The translations under genes were made by a program, and so were the position numbers. The notes under the pieces are model-generated. The model was not told the origin of the DNA and did not search any database. It saw only the letters and a program-made list of their open reading frames with translations. From the human T2T-CHM13v2.0 reference genome, Homo sapiens: a DNA stretch of 64,000 nt. How positions within the stretch are numbered: position 1 is the stretch's first letter; each line of letters starts with the position of its first letter. The DNA is taken from NCBI RefSeq assembly GCF_009914755.1, contig NC_060946.1; one strand, 5' to 3'. This document shows, in pieces, positions 1-17,863 of this stretch.

Positions 1-246
1 CCCATATGTCTCCCACGGTACAGGATAAACAAGAATCCAACAGGTGAGGAAAGAATTATCTTAAAAAAAATATCTGTAAGGCTGGGCACGGTGGCTTATA
101 TCTGTAATCCCAGCACTTTGAGAGGCCAAGGTGGTTGGGTCACTTGAAGCCAGGAGTTCAAGACCAGCCTGGCCAACATGGCGAAACCCCATCTCTATTA
201 AAATCAGCCAGGCATGGTGGCAAGTGCCTGTAATCCCAGCTACTCA

Positions 247-480
<234 letters not shown>

Positions 481-2126
481 CTAGCAGAGAAATAGCCCCA
501 AGGAAAGAGAGGTTGCTCTATGGTTCCTTACACGATAATATTATAAATGCTTTGTTGATTAAGGAAGAAATGTCAGAAGAGTGTTTATTTGCACAGCTAG
601 AGGGCAACCAGCCTTAGGATGTCTAATCCCCTTTCCTATCAGCCAAAAAGATGTAGATCTCCACACATCAATCCTGAGGTCCTGAAGAAAATGGTGACTG
701 ACACCACAAGTCCAGATACTGTGGTAAAATGAAGAGCAGGTACCTTTCCTAAGAAAGAACTTCTCAGAGTTTGATAGGTAAGGGAAGAATAGGGATTTAC
801 TGGCATTTGATACAAACTAATATTGATTTAATGGGCTCTGATAATATGAGACTTAGGAAACTAATAAGCATTCTCCTCTACCTGGTCTTAACACACCCAG
901 ACATCCACCCTTCAAAATCCCTGGGCTTACAGCTCAAATGGTTTTGATCAACACATATTCCTCAGTGGTCAGTCTTGGATTCTACAGTTCTTTCAGACAT
1001 TCACACAATAGAAGCGGTCATACCTTAAAATTTACCAGCCAAACCATACATGAGAATAGAAGAACTGCTGCCTTCAGAAGTCTAGAGATATATTTAAAAG
1101 CCAACAAAATCTCCTCTAACTCTCTCAGCTGCCCACCTGCCATCAATAACACTGTTCCTAAAGTAAGGTACAAAGGTTCAAAATCCCTCTATGCATTCTC
1201 TGCTCCCTAGTGTGGCCCTGTCACTACAGAACTTCAATTATTTCTTCCACAAATATTTTTAAATACTGTATTTACATTCCATCTCATTTCAATATATATA
1301 AGACCTCTTGCAACTAATTGCCAAAGAGAGCCACAGGAGATCCTGTAAATAGTGGAAGGAACTGAGATGCGGAGGGAGTATAGAGGAAAGTCTGAGTCAG
1401 CTCCCAAGGCCAAAGGAACACTTCCCTTGGCCTCCCAGGCTTAACATTAAAATAACTGTCGGATGCAGTGGCTCACACCTATAATCCTAGCACTTTGGGA
1501 GGTTGAGGCAGGAAGATCGCTAGAGCCCAGGAGTTTGAATCAGCCTGGGCAACACAGTGCCTAGGCTATAGTGCCTCATGGCTACAAAAAATAAATAAAA
1601 AATTACCCAGACATGGTGGCACACCTGTAGTCCCAGCCACTTAGGAGGCTTAGGTGGGAGGACTGCTTGAGCCTGAGAAGTCAAGGCTGCAGTGAGCCGT
1701 GACCGAACCACCACACTCCAGACTGGGTGACAGAGTGCGACCCTGTCTCAAAAAAATAAAATAATGACATCTTTGTTAAAAAGATGTAAAAGTCAGAAAA
1801 AGTTTTTCAGTTGCCTTAGCTAACATTTTGCATCTCCCTCTTTTTCTCCTTTATGCTTCTCCTTTCCAAGTGTACAGCAAATCTAGAATTTTATACTAAA
1901 TTCTGATACAATTTTATATTATATATAGTTTTATCTTTCCCACCAATACAATAGCAAGGTATGACCCTATACCATATTTTACACCATCAACTTACCTTAT
2001 TTAATTTTGGCTGAGTTTGTATATCATCTAACCAACTCAATCAAAAGCCCTTACAGACCATCTCCTAGATCTTACATTTCCTGCACACACTACCTCACAT
2101 AGAGAACATCCAATGATACTTCTTAA

Positions 2127-2443
<317 letters not shown>

Positions 2444-3199
2444 TAAAATGAGTGCAAGAGTGAGATGGAGTGATTCAATCTAAAATGCACAAAGTGAGAA
2501 AGCAATCAAGGTGAGCCACCCTCCAGAAGACAGGAAGAAAAAAAGCATTTGATCAAATCTTATGAGATGACATCTGGAGCCTCTGCACCTCGTCACAACA
2601 GCCAAGTCTATCAGTAACATAGCTAAGTCGCCACAGCCACTTGTACTTTCATCCCCTTCTCCTTCAGTATTTCTGATGACCACAATAACTTCCTTTCCAA
2701 TTAGCCACAGTGGCAGCCACTGCCATGATAATCAACAATGATTTTAATAAGTCTAGGCGTCTGTTTTCAAGGGCAACATGAGGAAGCCAACAGATGAGAA
2801 TGTCCCAGGCCAGCTCTGGAGTATCCATGAGGTTGAAAGGGTAAAAAGGGGTCTGTGAAAGGAGATGAACATGAGCTAAAAGGTCAGAATGTATTCAACT
2901 CAAATGTGCTCATGGTAGTAACCATGGGATTTTTTTACTTTTTTTTCTCCAACCAAGACAACAAGAAAAAATTAATAATAATTATGGTCTAATGGCAACG
3001 TACAAAATGAATCTTAAAAAATAAGTGATGACCTGTAATCCCAGCACTTTGGGAGGCCAAGGCAGGAGGACTGCTTGAGGCCGAGAGTTCAAGACCAGCC
3101 TGGGTAACATGGCAAGTCCCTGTCTCTACAAAAAAAAAAAAAAAAAAAAAATTTAGAACTAGCCAGGCATAGTGGCATACCTGTTGTCATAGCTACTCA

Positions 3200-3343
<144 letters not shown>

Positions 3344-3728
3344 TTATACTTTAGAGGGACTTCTCATATAAGAATTTTGGTTAGGAGATGAAAGATATGT
3401 AGACTAAAAGCTACAAAACGTTGATCAAAGAAATTGAAAACATAAACAGAAAGATAGCCCATGTTCATGGGGGAAAAAAGAGGATTTTGGTTAAGCACAC
3501 ACACTGTTGCATAGGTACTACTGTCCATGCTTAGCAGACAGAGGCAGACAGGGAAGAAGTTACAAATCCTAGCTCGAGGTTTCACAGACGACATGTATCC
3601 AAAGACAGAAACTAGATTTCTTGAAGGCATAATTTACAGGGGGAACTTTTGTCTTAGACATGAAATATAAAACATACAGGAATGCATCATTAGCTTTACA
3701 TATTTAACATCCAAATCAAGAAATATAA

Positions 3729-4012
<284 letters not shown>

Positions 4013-4916
4013 TAAAGTGCTGGAATTACAAGCATGAGCCACCGTGCCTGGCCCAAAAGTTGTATTTCTTATAACAATGCTAAAACACACTATGTTTAAA
4101 CATAAAGTTTCAGAGCTCAGAGGGATTGCTAGACAATAGATCAATAGCAATTCCAACACACACTGTATCCAAGGAGTTCAAGGCACTTGGCTTTAAATAC
4201 TACATATGTGCAACATGAATAAGACTTTGAAGCTTTAACTTTTGCACTTCATGATTGGTGCTAATTAACAGCCTTTGTATTACACTTGACTTTATTCTAA
4301 GAAAAAGAAAAAAATGGAAGGAAATCAGGGAGGGATGGAATGAAGAAAGAAAAAAAAAGAGAGACGAAGGGTGGGAAGGTGAATGAACAAGGTACCCGGG
4401 AATGTTTTTTTATCTCCTGTGATAGGAAAAAAGCATTCCACCGGAGTTCTCAGTATCTACCTCCCATCTGTTTTCCTTCGTTTTTCCTCTATCCTCTCGG
4501 GGCTCTTTTTTGTTTGTTCATTTGTTCACAGTCCTGATTCTTTCTGCTTTTGCCTGCCTCTTGACATCTTTCCCTTAACCTGTCTCCAACTCCCTATCTC
4601 CACATAACACAAAAGTTAAATCCTACTCAAAAGCAAAGAAGAAATTTTAGAAATGAAAGTTCTTTACACTGTTACAGATCATCTTGATCTAACCCTTTCA
4701 GTTTAGGAAACTGAGGTTCTGACAGATTATATGATTTGCACAAAGTCACAAAACTAATAAATGATAGCATCAAAACTAAACCCAAGGTTTTCCCATTAAA
4801 GTACTAAAGGAAAGCACAGAAAGCTATTTTTAAACAGAGTAAAGAAGGTCCTTCTCAGAAAGAAGATCCAAGAGTTTTAAAATAAACACTTTATATATTT
4901 AATTACATTCAAATGT

Positions 4917-4933
4917 TTTTCTCTGGCCCCAAA

Positions 4934-4983
<50 letters not shown>
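4917..4983. repeat. (CA)n microsatellite
   Basis: About 30 or more consecutive CA units. Confidence 0.97.
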
Positions 4984-4985
<2 letters not shown>

Positions 4986-5511
4986 TATGTATATACATGT
5001 ACACATACATGTATACACCACAAACAAATCCAAAAGACAAGTGACAAGCTGAATGGGAAACTGCAACATGAATGACAAACACTACTTTCATTAATTTATA
5101 AAAAGTTCCTACATATCAATAAGAAAAAAACAATTCTTTTGAACCTGAGTTTATGACAAAAGAAATATAAATGATTTGTAGAAATGTTTTTTTAAAAGAT
5201 TCCCTTAAACTAAAAATATACAAATTAGGCCAGGCACAGGGGCTCATGCCTGTAATCCTAGTACTTTGAGAAGTTGAGGTGGGGGATCACTTAAGGCCAG
5301 GAGCTTGAGACCAGCCTGGGCAACATAGCAAGACCCTGTTTCTACAAAAAATAATTTAAAAATTAGCCAGGCATAGTAGTGCATGCCTTAGTCCTAGCTA
5401 CTCAGGAGGTCCATGCAGGAGGATGGCTTGAGTCCAGGAATTCAAGGTTACAGTAAGTTATTACCATACCACTGCATTCCAGCCTGGACGACAGGGCAAG
5501 ATCCTGTCTTA

Positions 5512-5881
<370 letters not shown>

Positions 5882-6477
5882 TCACTTCGGCTTGTGAAAA
5901 ATGAAAGTACGGTAACATAATAGAAAAATGTCCCTCTGATACTCAGCAATACCTATGAAAAGTTAAAATGTGCAGACCCTTAGAAACACAATTCCACTTC
6001 TCAGAATCCGTCTTCTTGTGCTTATCTTATGCACACAGCAACATACATACAAGCAGCATTGTTTCAAATAGCAAAAGACTGGAAACGACCTAAATGTCGA
6101 GCAATAGGACATGTTTAAACAAATCATGATTTTAAAAAAAACAAACAAAAAAACTTACCGTGGGATACTATGTGGTCATTTAAAAGAATTAGATTGATTG
6201 GCAAAACAAACGAAATGTTCTCTAAGGTGTTTTGTTCAGTGAAAAATAATGAAGATTCCTTTGGTATACAAACGGGGTATATATCTATAAACATTTATGT
6301 GCACAGAAGTTCTCCAGAACATAAAAGAAACTACTAATGCTTCTATCACACCAATACTCCAGAAAGAACTTCAGGACTCTTCTAGTTCTTGAGACGGAGT
6401 CTCACTCTGTCACCCAAGCTCAAGTGCAATGGCACGATCTCAGCTCACAGCAACCTCTGCCTCCCAGGTTCAAGTGA

Positions 6478-6690
<213 letters not shown>

Positions 6691-7653
6691 TAAGCAGCTC
6701 CTACCTTAGTAAGTTTTTCCAATCGCTAACTTGCAATTACTTTCTTCAAAAGACCTTCCTTTCTTCAAAAGACACTCCTTGAACTCTTATCCCCTATACA
6801 ATGAAGATCTCTGTTCCTTCTCAAACTTCAACTTTGTCTTCTGACCAGCTTATCAACTGGGCCTGCTGGTAACCCCTTCTCTGTTCCTACAAGTTGGAAT
6901 TTTCCTTCACCCTTTTCTTCTTTCACATCCTGATATTAACTCATTCTTCCCATAAACATACTTTGCAGCCTTCCAAAGCCTGAAGGCCATTACTAGGCGT
7001 TGGCATTCTTTTTGCTCCTCATTCATTCTTTTATTGATTCATTTCATTCATTATTCAGCAAACATTTATTGAGTGACAACTGTGTACCATGTATTGTAAT
7101 AATTCAAAAAGAAAAACCAAACACCTGGTCCCTATCTTAAGAAACTTGCAGCCTAGGACAAATTTTCAAAATTAAACTTCTTAGCGTGGCATAAAAAAGG
7201 GGGAAAAAATTAGATGTAGGGAAGCAACCTTCAAATGTCCAGCTACACATACCAAGCTGACAGTACTGGGTACCTCTAGGAAAAGAACAGATATTGGAGG
7301 TGGTGGTCAAAGTGGTCACTGGCCTTATACGTTTGAGTTTTTGGCTTTTTGGTAAGAATATACTTGCATATTAATTAATTCACAGTTAAAAATAAACTTT
7401 AATCAGAACAAGGATAACTAAGGGGGAAAAAACAAAAATAAACTTTAAGAAAGAGGTGACATCTAATTAATTTGATACTCCTAATGACTATCTAGCATGG
7501 TGCCTTGGCACATAAATGGAGCTCCATAAATGGTCACTAAGTGGAAGAATAAATGGATGTGCAGAGTTCTACAAAGCAGAGTAGAAGGGGAGAGAAACAG
7601 TCACATTCAACAACTGTTGCCTTTACTCAACAACTGTTCTTTTAAAGTTAATG

Positions 7654-7867
7654 CAGGGTTCTCAACCTCAGCATTACTGACATTTTGGGCCAGATAATTC
7701 TTCATTGTGGGAGACTCTCTTGTGCACTTTAGGATGTTAAAGTAACATCTCTGGCTTCCAACCCCTAGATGCCAGTAAGACCTCCACAATTATAAAACTC
7801 AAAAATGTCTCCAGACGTTGCCAATGTCAACTGAGGGGACAAAATCACCCCCAGTTGAGAGTCACTG
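7654..7867 (+). mobile_element. MER20 (hAT-Charlie MITE)
   Basis: CAGGGTTCTCAACC...GACATTTTGGGCCAGATAATTC...AATGTCTCCAGAC...GTTGAGAGTCACTG with terminal inverted repeats. Strand is relative to the copy at 33.7 kb. Confidence 0.85.
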
Positions 7868-8228
7868 AGTTAACCCACTTATACATCATTCTTTCCACTT
7901 CCCCAACCTCCATGACTTTCTCCCAATTTGCCCAGAGTTTCAATGCTTAGGCCTAGATCGTTTCAACATTCAAGTTGACAACACTTTCAAAACTGAGACT
8001 CCAAGTTCTTCAACCTACTTATTTCCAGGGGGCACTACCTACACCAAACTCATCCATTGGATCCTTACACATCATTGCTACCCAAAACTCTTCTAACGTC
8101 AAGATCTCAAACTCGTAGGAAAAGCTCCTGCTGTCCTTTGTTTTCTCCCACGCCCTTATTCTACCTGAACCCATTCATCTCAGTTTATTGACACTTGGCA
8201 CTAGGTAACGTGCACTCAGCTACACTCA

Positions 8229-8543
<315 letters not shown>

Positions 8544-11500
8544 TCAAAAAAAAAAAAGTTAAACCATCAGGACCAACTCAATCCCAGCTGGCACTTACTG
8601 AGACTGAGCAACCCTTTCATCCCACTTCTTGATGAATCCTTATTACATAGGAACAGCAGCTACTTCTAAAACTTCTCACTCTCCTCGAAGTGTCAACACC
8701 ACCACCTCTGCCTGCAGACTCCCATTCTCTGAGGAAAGGTTGAGTTCCTCTAACATAAGCTCATTCAACTTCCCTTCTCATAACCTCATACACATTAGAT
8801 GCTCAATAAATACGTGTTAAATTTAGGAAGAAAACGCATCCTGGCTTAATACTGGCTGTATTCAAAAGAATGATGTTTACGGGGAAAAACAGCTCTCTCT
8901 GAATTTTACTCTAATTCAAGATTTTATTCTACAATACTAAGCAACCTTAAGGAAAGTCAACATGCCTCCCTAGTTTCTCAAGGCTACCACCACCAATCAG
9001 TGGCATACACTGCTGCTGCAAAGGAATCCTCTGGATAATCGTGAAAGCACACTAAGAGTCTAGAAGGAAGCATAAAATATAAACTCCAATGATAAATGAC
9101 CATACTGCAAAAACGTGCTGCCCATAAATGTGAACGATTCTTAATTCTGCAATTCAGTGAGATGCAAAGAAGTGTCTAAACAAAATGACAGAACACTGAC
9201 GGCAATGCCACATGCTAAATACCCATCACTTGGCACTTTGTGAGGACTGACAAATATTCTGAGGGCAAAAATTGCTCTGCAACAGAAGATAAAAGCTTTA
9301 AATAATTAATTGGCATAGGCAATTGTATAACAGCTTCAGAATGAAGTGTCCCATTTTCACCTAACCCTAGTGCCTTCCACAGGTACTAGTTCGTCGTCAG
9401 AAGAGATAGGCAGCACATGTGTTCCACTGAAAAAATCTCTAGGTCCCCACTGAATCTAAGGCATACCACTTTCACCAGCTTTTGTCTCATGTGGTCATTA
9501 CAGAATAAGAGGTTTGGCAAAAGCTTTAGCAAAGTAGAGCCAATCGTTTCTCATAACGTGTTCTAAACTTTTTTCTTGACCTTTAGCTTATGGTAGCTTA
9601 GACAAGTATCTTAAAAGCATTTCTAGTCAGCCATTTTTGGTAACTTGTGAGCAAAATTATTTTTAGCTGAAAAAGTTTATTTCAATCCCTCTCTCATAAC
9701 TCAGAAGCATCTGACCAGGTTTAGTTCAAGCTTTCCAGAATAATTTGTCTTTGAGTGGATTCAAAGCATAAAACATTTCAGCTACAAAAGAGAAATTCTC
9801 TCCTTAATTAACAGAACGAGCAATCAAAATGTGCAAATATATAGGGTATGTGAATAAAATATCACCTGCCTACCTACTGCCAGCCCTGGTATACTGTAGA
9901 AATTAAGCACTTAAATGTTGATAAAAATTTTTGAAAGCCTCTAATGGACAAAACAACATTGTTACAGCATTCCATGCTATGAAGAGCAAAATGCATGCCT
10001 GCATGGTAGAAAGTGCTTCATGTAAATTCAAATATAATCAAACAGAACATAAGATTCAAGTTGTGTCCATGCGGCACTCAACCTGTGGTTCCAAATAGAG
10101 GGAAAGTTTCTTGAAGGATGCAGACAGATGAGAAAAAGAAAATAAGATAGTCTGCTGGAAGTCAGTACAACTACATATGTACAACATAACCAAATACAGA
10201 TTTTCTTTGTTCTTTTTTGCTTTCTCTTTTTTTCCTTAATGAACAAAGACTATATTCCTCCATCTACCCTTATAAGGATATGTTTCTGAAGTGGTAGGAG
10301 AATCTAATCACCAGTGCCCAGCCAGCTTGGTGAACAATGGTCCTACATGATTGCAAGAGAACAGCAGTGTGCGGATGAACTAACTACCAACGACACTTTG
10401 GGCAAATCCCTTGCTCGCATGCCCTCCACCCCAACCTCACTGACTCACTTGCAGTTCCTCTCATACCTTGCCCTTGTACATACTGTTTCTTTTGTCTAGA
10501 ATGACCTGCCCTGCTTATCCACTCAATACGCAGCAACAGCTTCTGCAGAATGTTCTCCAAATGCCCATCCCACCCCAGCCAGATAAGAATCCCTCAATTC
10601 CTCCATTATGCTCCCATAGAAGCACTACTCATCCTGGCTTGGTACAGACACTCCTCTATCCACCACCAAGTTAGGTTCTGTAATGAAAGGCTGCTCCTAA
10701 GTCCATTTGTTCATAAAATTCCAAGGTGAAAAAAATCCAAGTAACCCATGGGTGCATGTCTAGCTAGGGGACATTTCTTAAGAACAAGGGAGAGGCTTAT
10801 GGTAGTGATTCTCACTCATTTTGCTTCTTCTCAATCCACTTTATGATTTGCACTTGACCCTTTATAATTGTATTGTTGAATGATTCATCTTGTATACACA
10901 TTCACCATTTCTAATGTACTTTCCATTTTTAATCATCTCTTATCTACCCCTCCATATCAGCACTTTCAGTAAATAAAAAATGTAAGAAAACATAGCTAAT
11001 ATACAAACATATAAATATATATAATATAAATACATAATAAGTAAATATAAGTACTGGAATATCCTACATAGAATAAACAATGTCATACACAAAATCAAAA
11101 TGACAAAATGACCATGCGCCACCACACAAGTACTATTTTTTATTTGTGGTAAGCAGAATTGGCATACTTTTTCTCCAACACACAACTTGACTCATTTCTA
11201 TGAAAATTAGCAAGTTTAAGGACCATAAACCCTATGTTTACACAGTACCTATCCCTGTGTAATTTTAATACATTATTTTATTTTTAAAACAAGTAATACA
11301 TGCATGTAATACAAAATTCAAAAGGAACAAAAGGTATACAATTAACAAATTTTGTTGGTATGATTTTTTTATATACAATAAAAATTAAGTCTTTACCTAT
11401 ACCCTTATTCCTCTGTCTCTCAATGCTCCTCCGAGGAGGCAACCGCTGGGGAGTCTTGTGTTTCCTGGCAGAGTCTATGCACACACGGATACTTTTTTAC

Positions 11501-13089
11501 TTTATACAAATAACAGCAAACTATACACTCTTCTGTACTTTGATTTTCACAATTGATATATTTAAAGAGTGTTCTATGTTCATACAGAGCTGCCTAATTA
11601 ATGGCTACATGATATTCCACTGTATGAATGTACCTTTTTTTTTCTCATCAAGAATGTACCTTATTTTATTTAGCAGATTTCCTGTCAACGAGCATTTTTG
11701 TTTCTTCAACCTTCTGCTACTTCAAATAATGCTATAATGTATATTCTTATACGCAGATGCAAGAGCATCTGTAGGATAAATTCCTGGAAGTGGAACTGTT
11801 GAGTCAAAGAATACGTGCATTTTACATTTTAATAGACATTGATAAATACTTCTTCATGGAAGTTATGTGACTTTTCACCACCACAGCAATATGAGTTCCT
11901 ATTTCTTTACTCACACCCTTATCAAACCATTGTGTTATCAAATTTTTATTCTAATTTTATAGTTGTTCCATAAACCTTCCCCAAAACTCAAGTTTTATAA
12001 GAACATTCCATTAACTCTGTAACTAACCCCAGCATCTAGCAATGTTTAACATGTGGTAAACATTCAAATTTTGTTCAATCAAATTTTGTCTCCAAGCAAA
12101 AGAAGGGGGAGGGCTGTTACACAATAAGAGAGGATTACATTAAATATAAATAACCAAAGTGTTTAAAATGTTAGCACTTTTTCCCTTTTAGAGAAAAAGG
12201 AAGAGAGATTAGGAAGAAAGGATGGATGAATGGATTGATTCTGATCTAAAATGGTTTCTCCTAGAGGTTTAACAAAAAATAGGGGCCAAGAGCAGTGGCT
12301 CATGCTTGTAATCCCAGCACTTTGGGAGCCCGAAGTAGGTGGATCACTTGAGGCCAGGAGTTTAAGACCAGCCTGGCCAACACAGTGAAACCCCACCTCT
12401 ACTAAAAACAGAAAAAATTAACTGGGCGTGGTGGCACACAACTGCAATCCCAGCTACTCGGGAGGCTGAGGCATAAGAATCACTTGAACCTGGGAGGGGG
12501 AGGTTGCAGTGAGATTGCACCACTGCACTCCAGCCTGGGCCACAGAATGAGACACTGTCTCAAAGAAAAAAGAAAAAAAAAGGAAAGATTCATACCTGTC
12601 TGAAATAGTTAAGTATTGTCCTACCTTAAAGTAAAATATACAATCTATCTTCAAAACACCAAGAAAGCTGAAGGGCCTCCCAAAGGAAAGAAGGAAGATT
12701 CCTTCTCTGAAACTGCCATAGGATACTGAAACTTCTCACATCAATATTCTTTCTACACAGCTTCAAAAAAAACTGACTCTCGTCATATATTTTACAGTCA
12801 CACAGTTAATATCTCATGCATTTGCTTCTGTATGGTACCCAGCATAGTTAATACTAGAAGTCTTTCAGTGAACACAATAAATACTGAACTCTGCAGCCCT
12901 CCAGTCATCATGTGTTTGCCATGGTCTCTGGCGCCCGTGCTTTGTGCTATAACAACCACCATAACAACAGATAACACAAAAAACTGTAATGACTCATTTA
13001 GTACAAGCCTCATTTATTATCTCCATTTTACAAATAAAAAACTGAAGCACAGAGGGGCTAAGTAACTTGCCTAAAGGACACACAGCTAA

Positions 13090-13350
<261 letters not shown>

Positions 13351-14478
13351 TAGTCTCAAATTCCTGGGCTCAAGTGACCCACCCGCCTTGGCCTCCCAAA
13401 GTGCTGGGATTACAGGCATGAGCCACTGTGCCCAGACAGAAAGGGCCCTCTTAACCAAATATTTTAATACAGTGTGATAACTGCTCAGACAGAGGTATTC
13501 ACAGAGTATCTATTACCACAGAGCCACCTGCCACTACACTTTCACATATATTCTGTGACTATTTCCATCCAAGCAGTGTATTAAAATTATCTATGTACAT
13601 ATCCTCTGCAAATTTAAGTCACTGCGCAACTGAGTTTTAGGTTACCAGGTGGAATAAGAAAATACCATTTCCACTCCTCGGGTTGGCACTTCACCTTTCC
13701 TATGCTGGTACTTCTTCCGCTCCTGTGTGCCACCATTTCCTAAAACCCATCTCTTCTAAGGTAAAATCTACATCTTAGTGTGTGCTGCTGCCCTAGAGAT
13801 GCTGGCCAGACCTCTAAATTGCCTGGGTACCTTCTCGGAGTCCTGAAACACTACTGAGACCCACATCATTCCTGCTGGGTAGAATGCAGGCAGTATAGTT
13901 CCCACCTATCAGCAGCCACCAGCCCAGATCGATGGCTCTTATCAGGGACATGGAGTAACCTGAGCCCCTGCCAACCCATCTCTCGACTGCTAGGACAGGC
14001 GCTTTCTGCTATCAGGTTGCACAAATGCCTGGAAACTTTACACCGGGTGTGAAGGAAAAAGCAACAGGGGAAACAACACAGCATCTGGTGCCCTGCCGGC
14101 TTCCATTCACTACTTGGGAAAGGAACACCTTCCTCTGTGACTCGGGCCACAGAGACTGCGCGGGCCTAATTCACCTACTGCAGAGCCTTGGGACCACAAA
14201 GACTGCACGGTGAGATTAGAACTGAGTAGAGGTCGACATTCACCTAGAGAGTGAGACACAACCCCACTGGCCTCATTCTCATTCTCTAAACAGCTAGAAT
14301 ACTACCTCTTCTATAATATTCTCACGGAGAAAAAGGGCTATTGCAAAAGCCAACTCCGAAAGGCACATTTTATTTCATATCTTTAAATGTGGAAGTCTAT
14401 AAAGATTAACTGTGCTAGAGTCAAGCCTAAGTTTGATATCATTAACTCCACATCTGAATCAGAATCCAATTACTGTTC

Positions 14479-14481
<3 letters not shown>

Positions 14482-14523
<42 letters not shown>
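14482..14523. repeat. (AC)n microsatellite
   Basis: About 21 AC units. Confidence 0.97.
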
Positions 14524-14526
<3 letters not shown>

Positions 14527-16423
14527 TGTTTATATTCTCTATTTGTTGAGCCAAATCTACTTACTTCCCATCAAGTCTCAGTTACGGAGAGGCCATACCC
14601 TAGGGAAGAAGAGCATTCACTCAATCCTGGGGCTTTCCACAGACAGAGGGGTTAAGGGTAGCCAGTGGCAATTATGGCTGCTGAGATGGAACACCTATTA
14701 GAAACTAAACCTTCCTTTCTCACAATTCAACACAAAACTTAGTTCACTGAACAGCATCCTGACAGCAGTGACACTCAATCAGGATAAACCTAGGCATCTG
14801 GGAAACATCTGGTATACAAGATGTCATCATGAATAAAACTCACACTGCAGTTAGATTCCATGTGCAATGACTCATGGCAGATCCTGAGTATAATTACTAA
14901 CTCAATGACATATACGATAGCTGACCCACAATGTGCCCCACCAGTGCAAAAAAGACCAGGGGCAGCTGACTGGGGCACATGGAGAGACGAGGATACCTAT
15001 CTTTCACTCAGACATCTCTAAAAGGTAGCAACATCAGGTATCTGCAGGGTATTCACGTGAAAAAACAAGAGATGTAGATTAGGTCTCCAATCCTGGGATT
15101 TCATGATTCCATTAAAACACAGAATCATATTATTTGAGGTCCTGTACTAATCAGTCATCTTTACAAGGGACATTTGGACATGGTTCTCTCAGTAGACCAG
15201 AATCTTAAGTCCAGAAAGCTAATAAATAGAAAAAAATATATATACATATATAAACTGATACGAAATAATTTCCAAATAGAAAAGCAAAGCAAAGTGCAGA
15301 ATAGTACGCATACTGTCAATGGAGTTTTTAAAAGAAATATTACGTAGGCACTGTCTCTAGAAGGACACCCAGATAACTAACAATACTAGTTACTTCCAAA
15401 AAGATAAAATAGGCAGCTAGGAGAGGGAGAGATTTTTGACTCTTCTACATTTTGCATATTTTGAATCATTAACCATGTGAATATATATGCATTAAGAAAA
15501 TGTAAAAGGAAGAAGAAAATACTCCATACAAGAAACTGTCAGAAAAAAATCACACCAAGAAATAAAAAGACTAAGAAATGAAAGATTCTACTGAGCCTTA
15601 AAGACAAAGTCTGAGTTTATTGTTTGTTGTCACATTCTCTCTCTGAGCCTGAGATACACTGTCTATAAAAATGAGTATACTGACTATTTTCCATGACTAA
15701 AGCAGAGGGCTGGTACAGATAATTTCTAGATGCCTTCAGCTCTGATGATTTTATACTACCCACCATTATCAATCCACTGATTGATCTGTTGTTGATCTAA
15801 ATTAGAGATGGAATAACTTTGAGATGAAAAAAAGCCAAAAAACAACGACAAACTATCATGCATACCACAACTGTCATCCCAGTTCTACATGAATCAGCTG
15901 TCAGGTAACAGGTAAAATGTTTTCAATATTAAATATACGGCATGCCAAACCAATGAAATTCCTTTTGCTCCATTCCTCATCAGTCATACCCTTTCAGTCT
16001 TAAGGGCCATGAAAAGGCACTGGATAAAGAGCCACAAGATCTGGGTAAAAGCATCAGCTTTGCCACTTCCTAGTCATGAGGCTTAGAGAGGTATATTTTC
16101 AGCTGAAACATGGGAAGAATCATCACCTATCTTTCAGGGTTGTTGAAGAGAATAAATAAGGGCCTGCACGAAAGCATTTTATAAACTGTAAAACATAACA
16201 CGGAAGCTGGGTGCAGCTGCTTGGAAGGCTGAGGTGGCAGAATCGCTTGAGGAGTTCAAGGCTGCAGTGAGCTATGATCCCACCACTGCACTCCAGCCTG
16301 AGTGATGCACTCCAGCCTGAGTGACTAAGAATATCTCTTAAAAATAATAATAACATAAATGTAATTGTTGAGTATTACGAGCAATTTTAGTCACCATGCT
16401 TCAAATCTGGAGGGTGACTATAG

Positions 16424-16723
<300 letters not shown>

Positions 16724-17372
16724 TGATCTCAAACTCCTGACCTCGTGATTCGCCCGCCTCGGCTTCCCAAAATGCTGGGATTACAGGTGTGAGCCACTGA
16801 GCCCGGACTACTCAGTTCTTATTATATTATATCCTGGGCACAAGGCTACAAAAGTTAACAGATTTTTCCTTAGCTGGGCATGGTGGCACATGCCTATGGT
16901 CTCACCTACTTGGGAGGCTGAAGCAGAGGACTGCTTGAGCCCAGGAGTTCAAGGTTGCAGTGAGCTATGATTTCGCCACTGCACTCCAGCCTGGGTGACA
17001 GAGTGAGACCCTCTAAAAGAAAAAGATTGTTCCTGCCTTTAAGAAAGAATTCAAAAAGCACTTGGGGACAAGAATAAGAAAATAGGACTGAGTAATAATA
17101 ATAAAAATGGCTATTACATAATAGAATACCTACTACGTGTCAGGCCCTGAACTAAGCACATTACATACAGTATCGCTTTTTAATTCTTACACTAATCCTA
17201 TAACACATTTTACAAAGAAAGCTGAGGCTTAGATAAGTTAAGTCACTTAACCAAGATCCCACAGCTGTGAAGTGGAAATGCTGGTACACCACCTAAGGTT
17301 TGTCTGTCTGCAAGGCCATTCTATTTTTTTATAATCTCAGAGTGGTAAAACCTTCACTAAGCATCACACAAA

Positions 17373-17376
17373 CACA

Positions 17377-17416
<40 letters not shown>
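17373..17416. repeat. Compound (CA)n(GA)n microsatellite
   Basis: A CA run directly followed by a GA run. Confidence 0.95.
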
Positions 17417-17863
17417 CCACTAATGAAAACTTTAATAGACCTTTTTACATTTGAAAAAGTAGCCTCTGATATAGGAAATGGAGAAAAGCAAGGAGCAAAA
17501 AATACAGAGAGTATGCTAATATTTGTGTCAAAAAGAAAGGAGGGGGGATAACAGACAAATTAGTAACAGTGGTTACTTGTTTGGTAAAGGGGATAGGGAC
17601 ACATAGGAAGCAGAAATGAAAAGGAGACATTTCATTACATATGTATTTATGAATTTAGAGTTAGGAATTAACTTACCGGTAGGGAATCTGGGCGTAAATC
17701 CTGGTTTGGAAAACGCTACACAATAGTTCAGCATCACAACGTCTGCTTATGAAAAGTGTAGTGTGATAGGTTTTTTTTTTAATGTGTTTAATTCTAATGT
17801 CCAAAGTTATTTAACTTTTTTTGGTGGGGGGCTGGGGCATGGGCAGGATGATACCTATTATCA

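Noticed and set aside
16287-16324. 19-bp tandem duplication TGCACTCCAGCCTGAGTGA in an Alu arm (similar small duplications near 6750 and 63140)
   Set aside because: Ordinary slippage duplications with no sign of function.
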